Origin: Pyrinomonadaceae bacterium
Lineage (GTDB): Bacteria > Acidobacteriota > Blastocatellia > Pyrinomonadales > Pyrinomonadaceae
Direction: 5' to 3'
Assembly (NCBI GenBank): GCA_022843305.1
Contig: JALHNX010000003.1
Span: forward strand, 4,272 to 68,271
Length of the DNA: 64,000 nucleotides
Positions 34,565 through 41,681 of the stretch are shown here, piece by piece (the first letter of the stretch is position 1; each line of letters begins with the position of its first letter). The notes below the pieces were generated by a model, which had not been told where the DNA came from, did no database searches, and worked only from the letters and a program-made list of their open reading frames with translations. A program made the position numbers and the translations under genes.

Positions 34565-35830
34565 ATGATACCGATTTCCGAAGCCATAAAAATCATTGAG
34601 CGCGAAAGTTTCGTGCTTCCGCCGGAAACGATTGATTTAGAAGATTCGATCGGGCGCGTTCTGGCGGAAAATATCAAAGCCGATATGGATTTGCCGCCGT
34701 TCGACCGTTCGCAGATGGACGGTTTCGCGGTGCGTTCGGACGACACGAAAAACGCGCCTGTTAATTTAAGAATTATCGGCGAATCGGTGGCGGGCAAAGG
34801 TTTCGACCAAAAAATGAAATCGGGCGAAGCCGTGCGAATTATGACCGGCGCACGCGTTCCCGACGGCGCGGACACAGTGCAAAAAGTTGAAGTAACAACA
34901 GAAAAAGACGGTTTTGTCGAGATTTTAGAAACTGCGAAACCGGCACAGAACATCAATAAATTCGCGTCGGAAATCAAAATAGGAACGAAAGTTTTTGCGA
35001 AAGGTGAGATTATCAACGAGCAGATGATTGCCGCGTTCGCATCGTTCGGTTATGCGAAATTGAAAGTTTTTCAAAAACCGCAGGTTTCGATATTTTCGAC
35101 CGGCAGCGAGATCGTCGAAATCGGCGAAACGCCGCAGAAAGACCAGATTCGCAATTCAAATTCGATGATGCTCAAAATTTTAGCCGAACGCGCGGGCGCC
35201 AATGCTGAAATTCTGCCGCAGGTTCACGACGATTTTAAAACGCTCAAAACAGCAATCGCCAAAGCTGTCGGTATTAAGGCAAAAGGCAAAAGGCAAAAGG
35301 CAAAATCTGATGAAAAGCAATCGCAAATCAAAAATCGCAAATCGCAAATCCTCATCATCACGGGCGGCGTTTCCGTGGGCGATTACGATTTTACGAAACC
35401 CGTTCTGCGCGAACTCGGCGCGGAGATTTTCTTTGAAAAAGTTTCATTAAAACCCGGCAAACCGGCGGTTTTTGCGCGATTAAATGACGTTTTGATTTTC
35501 GGTCTGCCCGGAAATCCGGTTTCGGTCGCGGTAACATTTTATCTTTTTGCGAGATACGCGATCTGGCGGGCGCAAGCGGCGAAAAACTGCGAGTTAAAAC
35601 GCGGTTTTGCGGTTTGTTCGGACAAAATAAAAGGCGCGAAAGAGCGCGATTGTTATCTGCCGGTTTCGCTTTCAACCAATAAAAAAGGTGAATTAATTAT
35701 CGAATCCCTGCGCTTTTCGGGTTCGTCGAATTTCATCGCCTTTTCCCGCGCCGACGCACTGGTTTTCATTCCGCAGGGCAAAAATCTGGAGAAAGACGAC
35801 GTTGCCGAGATTTTATTTCTTTTAAATTAG
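34565..35830 (+). CDS. moeA: Molybdopterin molybdotransferase
   Basis: ATG at 34565 (MIPISEAIKII). MoeA blocks PPFDRSQMDGFAV, RIMTGARVP, ITGGVSVGDYDF, KPGKP, GLPGNPVS. Confidence 0.9.
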   Translation: MIPISEAIKIIERESFVLPPETIDLEDSIGRVLAENIKADMDLPPFDRSQMDGFAVRSDDTKNAPVNLRIIGESVAGKGFDQKMKSGEAVRIMTGARVPDGADTVQKVEVTTEKDGFVEILETAKPAQNINKFASEIKIGTKVFAKGEIINEQMIAAFASFGYAKLKVFQKPQVSIFSTGSEIVEIGETPQKDQIRNSNSMMLKILAERAGANAEILPQVHDDFKTLKTAIAKAVGIKAKGKRQKAKSDEKQSQIKNRKSQILIITGGVSVGDYDFTKPVLRELGAEIFFEKVSLKPGKPAVFARLNDVLIFGLPGNPVSVAVTFYLFARYAIWRAQAAKNCELKRGFAVCSDKIKGAKERDCYLPVSLSTNKKGELIIESLRFSGSSNFIAFSRADALVFIPQGKNLEKDDVAEILFLLN

Positions 35831-35831
35831 T

Positions 35832-35900
35832 CCACGAAACACACAAAATATACAAAAATTATTATTCTGACTTTTTCGTTTCTTTCGTGTGTTTCGTGGG
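35832..35900. repeat. Palindromic intergenic element, family A copy 1
   Basis: CCACGAAACACACAAAATATACAAAAA...TTTTTCGTTTCTTTCGTGTGTTTCGTGGG, directly after the moeA stop. Confidence 0.8.
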
Positions 35901-35942
35901 CAAACTTCTTTTTTTATCCGTTATGTTGTAATTTCATAACTT

Positions 35943-36677
35943 ATGCAAAGTCCCGTCGCGCTGGCGCACGAAGCGATTCACGAAACGGTCGAAAACATTC
36001 TGAAATCGGCAGAACGCGGAAAAATTCTCGACGTTCCGGCGGGCGAAGGCGCGCTGGCTTTGCGTCTGAAAAATCTCGGTTTTACAGTTTTTTGCTGTGA
36101 TCTATACACCGAAATTTTCAAACTTTCGGAGACGGAAATAAAACGCGGGAATCTGGACGCGAAACTTCCTTATGACGATAAATCTTTCGATTATCTGGTT
36201 TGCGTCGAAGGATTGGAACATATCGAAAATCCGGCGAACGCGATGCGCGAATTTGCGCGGATCTTAAAAGAAAACGGCACATTGATCGTCAGCGTGCCGA
36301 ACATTATGAATATCGAAGAGCGTCTGAAATGGCTTTTTAACGGCTACACGTCGCATTTCAAACCTTTGTCGAGCGAGGCTTTGGCGGAAATTTCCAAAGA
36401 ATTCGGCGGAATGGAAGAAATCGCGCTCCACGTTAATCCGATCGGCTATTCGGAAGTTCGCTATTTGCTGGAGAAAAACGGTTTTTCATTGCAAAAAACA
36501 TATCTCGACAAACCGAAAAAAAATTCGTGGGCGTATTTTCCGCTCGCCGCTTTGATCAAGCTCGCGGCGCGTTTCAGTTCCGCGAACAAAAAAAAGTCGC
36601 GCTGGACAGATGAACTCAATTCCGACGAGGTTTTGCTCGGCGGAAACACTTTGATTTTTGAAGCAAAGAAGAATTAA
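35943..36677 (+). CDS. Class I SAM-dependent methyltransferase
   Basis: Motif I ILDVPAGEGALALRL, post-I CCDL, FDYLVCVEGLEHIENP. Confidence 0.85.
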   Translation: MQSPVALAHEAIHETVENILKSAERGKILDVPAGEGALALRLKNLGFTVFCCDLYTEIFKLSETEIKRGNLDAKLPYDDKSFDYLVCVEGLEHIENPANAMREFARILKENGTLIVSVPNIMNIEERLKWLFNGYTSHFKPLSSEALAEISKEFGGMEEIALHVNPIGYSEVRYLLEKNGFSLQKTYLDKPKKNSWAYFPLAALIKLAARFSSANKKKSRWTDELNSDEVLLGGNTLIFEAKKN

Positions 36678-36686
36678 ATTTTTCTG

Positions 36687-36765
36687 CCCACGAAACACAC
36701 GAAAGATACGAAAATAAGACTAAAGATTGCTTTGATTTTTTGTTTATTTCGTGTGTTTCGTGGGC
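36687..36765. repeat. Palindromic intergenic element, family A copy 2
   Basis: GCCCACGAAACACACGAAA (36687-36705) and TTTCGTGTGTTTCGTGGGC (36747-36765) are perfect 19-nt arms. Confidence 0.85.
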
Positions 36766-36776
36766 AAAAAACAAAT

Positions 36777-37247
36777 ATGAAAAAACTTTCGCATTTTGAC
36801 GAACAGGGCAAGATAAAAATGGTTGACGTTTCGGAAAAAGAAACGAGCGCGCGCCGCGCGGTCGCGTCCGCCAGTGTTTTGCTGAATAAAGAAACGATTG
36901 AAATTCTGCGGTCGAACGAAAACCCCAAAGGCAATCCCCTCGAAATTGCGCGAATCGCCGGAATTATGGCGGCAAAACGGACTTCCGAACTGATTCCTTT
37001 ATGTCATCAGATCAATCTTTCAAAGGTTGACGTGAAAACCGAAATTACGGACGCGGGCGTTTATCTCGAAGCCGAAGCGAAAACCGCGTCGCAAACCGGC
37101 GTTGAAATGGAAGCCTTGACGGCGGTGTCGGTCGCCGCGCTGACGATCTACGACATGTGCAAAGCCGTGCAGAAAGACATCGTCATCACGGAAATCCGGC
37201 TCGAATCGAAACAAGGTGGCAAAAGCGGTGATTTTAGGCGTAACTAA
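36777..37247 (+). CDS. moaC: Cyclic pyranopterin monophosphate synthase
   Basis: LSHFDEQGKIKMVDVSEKETSARRAVA..., IAGIMAAKRTSELIPLCH and TGVEMEALTAVSVAALTIYDMCKA. Confidence 0.92.
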   Translation: MKKLSHFDEQGKIKMVDVSEKETSARRAVASASVLLNKETIEILRSNENPKGNPLEIARIAGIMAAKRTSELIPLCHQINLSKVDVKTEITDAGVYLEAEAKTASQTGVEMEALTAVSVAALTIYDMCKAVQKDIVITEIRLESKQGGKSGDFRRN

Positions 37248-37387
37248 TATGCTTTGAAATTCATCAAACTTATGAAATCGGGCAAATGATTTTACTCAAC
37301 GGAGAATTTTCTTTTGCTTTAACGAACTTTAAGGTAGAATAGAACGTAAAGTTTACCTGAGATTTGAAAAGGAGTTATACAGAAAAC

Positions 37388-38182
37388 ATGAGATATAAAG
37401 TAGCCGAAGATTCACGCCCGCAGTTGACGCTTTTGATCGTCGCGACGCTTATCAGCATCGGTTTGTGGCTGATTTCACAGTATTTATTACCGTCGCTGAA
37501 TTATCTGGTTTATCCGCTTCAGCTTTTTGCGACGTTTATTCACGAAGGCAGTCACGTTCTGGCGACCGTTCTGACGGGAAATTCGGTGCAGAGTCTGACG
37601 GTTTCGCCCGATACGAGCGGCGTTGTCTGGTCTGAAACTTCGGGCTGGTTTTCACAGCTTTTGATTTCGAGTGCCGGTTATATCGGCACGACGGCTTTCG
37701 GCACGATGCTTCTCGTCTGGATGCGCTATAACTTTTCGTCGCGCAACGCGCTTTATTTTTCGTCTGCGTTTGTCGGCATTATGACGGTTCTTTTCGGGCT
37801 TTTGATGCCGCTTTGGAACGTTCTTTCGCTTCAGGTAACTTTGGGAAGCGTTGTTTTCACCGTCTTTTCGGGCGCGGTTCTGACCGCCGGACTTTTCGCT
37901 CTGGCGCGTTACGGAAGCTTGAAATGGGTCAATTTCGGACTCGCGTTTCTTGCCGTCCAGTGTTTGCTCAACGCGCTTTTCAGTCTGATCAGTCTGTTCT
38001 TTATCACGGCGACGACCGACGCGCATTCGGATGCCGTGAATATGGCAAAAGTAACTGCCATTCCCTCGATCGTCTGGGTTTTTCTGTGGATGGGCATCTC
38101 GATCCTGATGATTTCCGTCGGTCTGCGGCTCTACGCGGTCAGCCAGAAAGCAAAACAAAACGATCTGCCGTTTGAAGATTAA
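37388..38182 (+). CDS. Polytopic membrane protein, M50B-like metallopeptidase family
   Basis: ATG at 37388. FIHEGSHVLATVLTG (HExxH) lies within a TM segment. About 7 hydrophobic helices. Confidence 0.7.
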   Translation: MRYKVAEDSRPQLTLLIVATLISIGLWLISQYLLPSLNYLVYPLQLFATFIHEGSHVLATVLTGNSVQSLTVSPDTSGVVWSETSGWFSQLLISSAGYIGTTAFGTMLLVWMRYNFSSRNALYFSSAFVGIMTVLFGLLMPLWNVLSLQVTLGSVVFTVFSGAVLTAGLFALARYGSLKWVNFGLAFLAVQCLLNALFSLISLFFITATTDAHSDAVNMAKVTAIPSIVWVFLWMGISILMISVGLRLYAVSQKAKQNDLPFED

Positions 38183-38207
38183 AAGCCGCAAGAAAACGAA
38201 TTTAAAA

Positions 38208-38242
38208 AGCCGTCTGTGATAAGATTACAGACGGCTTTTTTT
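38208..38242 (+). terminator. Intrinsic terminator
   Basis: AGCCGTCTGT-GATAAGATT-ACAGACGGCT followed by TTTTTT. Confidence 0.8.
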
Positions 38243-38344
38243 AGAAATGAACGGCATACGCGGAACGCACTTTGCCGACCGCCGTTTTTGTTATCGTGTC
38301 TGAGCAACAAAGGGCGTTCCGCGTTTGTTTGACATCAAAAATAT

Positions 38345-39115
38345 ATGAGATTTATCGTTTTCGTTTCGCTCGTTTTATTCAGCGTTTTCAGCGTTTTCGG
38401 ACAAATCAAAAAACCGATTCCGCCGAAACCGTCCGTTCCCTATGCAAAATCTTTGCAGGCGGTTGTCGTGACGACCAAAGACTGGTCGGCGCTGCAGGGC
38501 AAAGCACAGCTTTTCGAGCGCAAATCCACAAAATCGAAATGGAAAGCGGTCGGCGAATCTTTTGCAATCGTCGTCGGCAAAAACGGATTGGCGTGGGGCG
38601 CGGGACTCAACGAACTGCCTTCGGATACGGGCAGACTTTTGATGAAAACCGAAGGCGACGGCAAAGCCCCGGCGGGAATTTTTTCTTTGACGGAAAGTTT
38701 CGGCACGAAGGAAAAACCCGATTTTATCAAACTTCCCTTTCTGCGGCTCGGTGAATATACCGAATGCGTGGACGACGTAAAATCAACACATTACAACCGG
38801 ATCGTTGACCGGATGAAGGTCGGCATTTTCGATTGGAACAGCTCGGAAAAAATGCTCGCCGTCGGCGCGGAATACGATCTCGGCATCACGGTCGCGCATA
38901 ATACGAATCCCGTGAACGCGGGCGGCGGTTCGTGCATTTTTCTGCATATCTGGAAAACGGCGGAAAATGGCACGGCGGGCTGCACGGCGATGGCGCGCGA
39001 AAATCTGGAAACGATCCTGAAATGGGCTGAGGCGACGAAAAATCCCGTTTTGATTCAGCTTCCCGAAGATTCCTACCAACAATTTCAAACAACGTGGAAA
39101 CTACCGAAACTCTAA
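38345..39115 (+). CDS. Secreted L,D-transpeptidase-fold (YkuD/YafK-like) protein
   Basis: Signal [41 protein letters not shown] resembles the H...G-x-G-C catalytic motif. Confidence 0.7.
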   Translation: MRFIVFVSLVLFSVFSVFGQIKKPIPPKPSVPYAKSLQAVVVTTKDWSALQGKAQLFERKSTKSKWKAVGESFAIVVGKNGLAWGAGLNELPSDTGRLLMKTEGDGKAPAGIFSLTESFGTKEKPDFIKLPFLRLGEYTECVDDVKSTHYNRIVDRMKVGIFDWNSSEKMLAVGAEYDLGITVAHNTNPVNAGGGSCIFLHIWKTAENGTAGCTAMARENLETILKWAEATKNPVLIQLPEDSYQQFQTTWKLPKL

Positions 39116-39366
39116 TCACACTGCGCGAACTGCCGATCGGTGCGCGGCTTTTGGTGCGCTCGAAAACCGACTGGCGGAGCGCCGTCATTGCGCGGTTCGA
39201 TCCGGAAAAAGCCGTTCTCTCGGTTTGTTCTCCTTCAGGCAGAACTTATCGCCTGCGCCGCGCTCTGGAAGCCGAATTGATCTTCGACGGCGGAATTCCG
39301 GTTCTCAAGATCGATGCGGACGAAAACTGGCGCGAAAATTTCACAAAATACGATTTTCGCTGGTGA
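39094..39366 (+). CDS. Hypothetical 90-aa protein
   Basis: GTG-start ORF overlapping the previous gene end by 22 nt. Ordinary amino-acid composition. No family recognised. Confidence 0.4.
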   Translation: METTETLITLRELPIGARLLVRSKTDWRSAVIARFDPEKAVLSVCSPSGRTYRLRRALEAELIFDGGIPVLKIDADENWRENFTKYDFRW

Positions 39367-39423
39367 TTGGCAAAATTGATTTTTGGTATCATGTTAAGTT
39401 AGCTTATAAATTGGCTCAAAAAC

Positions 39424-40293
39424 ATGGCGCAAGATCTTTCGGCGGAAAACAAAAAAATCAAACAAATCTCAAACAGAATCAGAAAAAGTGATTTCAAATA
39501 TCATTTTCACATCGAATCTTTCGGCGTAAAAATCGGTTTTTCGACAAATTCGGTGGAAGCTCTCGAAGCCGTCAAACAAGCCGTCGGAATTTATCTTCCC
39601 GATTGTTTCAAGGAAATTGAAAAGACCGAAACCGAACATAATTTTTTATTCGTCTGGAACAAAAGCGAACGCGACTCGCTTTATAAAAACGGCGAGCGGA
39701 TTTTCAGCCGCGAACGGCGCGAAACTTCGGTTGAAAGCGCGGCTTCGCGGATTCGCCTGACGGTTGCCGAATTTGCCGCCAAACGCGTTTTTATTCACGC
39801 GGGCGTCATCGCAAGGAAAGGTAAAGCGGTCATAATTCCGGGCAGAAGTTTTTATGGAAAAACGGCTTTGACCGTCGCACTGGTCAAACGCGGCGCGATT
39901 TATTATTCGGACGAATACGCGATTTTGGACGCCGAGGGTTTTCTGCACCCGTTTCCGAAAATGCTTTCGGTGCGCGGCGAAATTGACGATCATAAACAAA
40001 TTGACTATCCGGTCGAAAAATTCGGCGGCACGGCGGGAACCGAGAAAATACCTGTCGGAATGGTGTTGATTACCCAGTACAAAGCAAGAGCGCGGTGGAA
40101 TCCGAAGATTTTAAGCCCGGCGAACGGCGTGATTGAAATGCTTCAGCATACGATTCCGATTCGGCAAAACCCGCAATTCACACTTGAAGTCATCAATAAA
40201 ATCGCGAAAGAATCCGTTTTTGTAAAATCGAAACGCGGCGATGTTTCAAAAATCGCTGACTTGGTTCTGCATTTTATTGATAATAATCTTTAA
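39424..40293 (+). CDS. HPr-kinase-related (HprK-like) P-loop kinase
   Basis: VFIHAGVIARKGKAVIIPGRSFYGKTALTVALVKRGAIYYSDEYAILD shows a Walker-A-like GxxxxGKT in the context typical of HprK C-terminal-like kinases. Family assignment is from memory. Confidence 0.65.
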   Translation: MAQDLSAENKKIKQISNRIRKSDFKYHFHIESFGVKIGFSTNSVEALEAVKQAVGIYLPDCFKEIEKTETEHNFLFVWNKSERDSLYKNGERIFSRERRETSVESAASRIRLTVAEFAAKRVFIHAGVIARKGKAVIIPGRSFYGKTALTVALVKRGAIYYSDEYAILDAEGFLHPFPKMLSVRGEIDDHKQIDYPVEKFGGTAGTEKIPVGMVLITQYKARARWNPKILSPANGVIEMLQHTIPIRQNPQFTLEVINKIAKESVFVKSKRGDVSKIADLVLHFIDNNL

Positions 40294-40479
40294 CTTTTTT
40301 TCAGTCCCCAAAATATATTTATCTTAATATAGATTGAAGTTAAGGTTAAAATTGCTTTTTATTACAATGGTATTAAAAAATAAAAAACTTGATCGAGGAT
40401 TCGCACTAAATAATTTTTACGAAAACCCGACCAAGTTTTTTTGTTCGATTCTTAAACCGATAAATTTCTAATTAGAACA

Positions 40480-41034
40480 TTAAGGTACGCAATTACCGCT
40501 GCCTGCCCCGCCACTATTATTAGCCTTAAAACACCGGCAATTCGCATTGGCACACGGCGTTGTCACATTAGTGCATAATTGACCATTTGGACCGCTTCCA
40601 GCAGCACAAGCGCAACCGCCTGTTACAGGAATGCAGGTGCTCGCGGATTGTGCCGCAACCGGTGCGGTCAAAGAAGCAATCACAGGTAGTGCAATTAACG
40701 ATGCAAGTCCAACTTTTCTAACAGCTTCACGGCGCGACATACCGGCAAATTTATTTTTAATTTCTTCTTTGTTTTCAACCAATTTTTCTTTGCTTAACTG
40801 ATCGAGCGCCAGCCAAACAATGTCTTCATTGATCTGTGAGTTGAGTTGTTTGCCGACGACTTCGCTGATTTCCGCAATCGTTCGGCTGCCGTCGCAGGAT
40901 TGCCAAACCAGAGCCGATGTCTGATTTAAACAAAATGCTTTATTTTTTTCTAAATCGTATATTAACACTTCACCTTCAAGCTCTTGCACGACAAGGTTTT
41001 CCTTGCGGCTTTTCGGTGTAAAATCATTATTCAT
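40480..41034 (-). CDS. Tripartite protein: PqqD-like domain, internal twin-arginine-type signal or TM segment, and a 54-aa 8-Cys tail
   Basis: ATG at 41034 (MNNDFTPK). LVVQELEGEVLIYDLEKNKAFCLNQTSALVWQSCDGSRTIAEISEVV is PqqD-like. It is followed by MSRREAVRKVGLASLIALPVIASLTAPVAAQSA and then STCIPVTGGCACAAGSGPNGQLCTNVTTPCANANCRCFKANNSGGAGSGNCVP. Confidence 0.75.
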   Translation of the reverse strand: MNNDFTPKSRKENLVVQELEGEVLIYDLEKNKAFCLNQTSALVWQSCDGSRTIAEISEVVGKQLNSQINEDIVWLALDQLSKEKLVENKEEIKNKFAGMSRREAVRKVGLASLIALPVIASLTAPVAAQSASTCIPVTGGCACAAGSGPNGQLCTNVTTPCANANCRCFKANNSGGAGSGNCVP

Positions 41035-41060
41035 TTTTATTCTTTCCTCAAATGTTCCAT

Positions 41061-41112
41061 TAGGAACCAATCAATACAGTTTAGTGTAGGAACCAATTAA
41101 TACAGTTTAGTG
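41061..41112. promoter_or_regulatory. Tandem 26-bp direct repeat immediately upstream of the PqqD-fusion gene
   Basis: TAGGAACCAATCAATACAGTTTAGTG (41061-41086) is followed directly by TAGGAACCAATTAATACAGTTTAGTG (41087-41112), with 1 mismatch. It begins 27 nt upstream of the ATG. Confidence 0.6.
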
Positions 41113-41204
41113 AGAGTTCTCTTTTATCTAATCTATGATTAATCAATAGCAAGCGAAAGTCAATAGTTTTCTGTTTTGTTCTGCTTTTGAAAAACTTATT
41201 TATT

Positions 41205-41480
41205 TTATCTGAGTTCGCCGTATAAGAAGTAAACGATCAGCGGAACGCCGATTATATAAGCGATCAGCGCAAGTCGGTATAACTTTTGTCCGATCGGAGT
41301 CATATCGGTAAATCCGTTGGTCGCCCCGAAAAGAATATTGCCGATGCCGGTGAAAAAAAATCCGACGGCGTATAAACGCCCGGATGAATTTAGCGCGAGC
41401 CAGACGGCGAAAATTATCAGTGCCAGCCCGATGAGGATCATCACAATCGAATTAAAAGTCGGTTGAAAAGGTAAATTCAT
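41205..41480 (-). CDS. Small three-TM membrane protein, hypothetical
   Basis: ATG at 41480. Hydrophobic helices IVMILIGLALIIFAVWLAL, YAVGFFFTGIGNILFGA and LALIAYIIGVPLIVYFL. Confidence 0.55.
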   Translation of the reverse strand: MNLPFQPTFNSIVMILIGLALIIFAVWLALNSSGRLYAVGFFFTGIGNILFGATNGFTDMTPIGQKLYRLALIAYIIGVPLIVYFLYGELR

Positions 41481-41681
41481 TTTCAGCGACAAATTTTAAT
41501 TCAAATAGCTTTGCGAAACAAGTTTACATTATAAAAAAAACAGGCATCAAACAACGATTTGGTTAAATTAATTGGAAACTTCCGGGTTTTTAGTTCCGCA
41601 ACCCGATTTGCCGCTACCCTTTTTACTTTTCGCTTGATTTGGTAAAATTAAATTTTGCTCAAACGACAGAATTTTTCATCT

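Noticed and set aside
41493-41681. LexA/SOS box upstream of uvrA
   Set aside because: I found only a weak short palindrome (AAAC-AA-GTTT). There is no CTGT-N8-ACAG or GAAC-N4-GTTC match.
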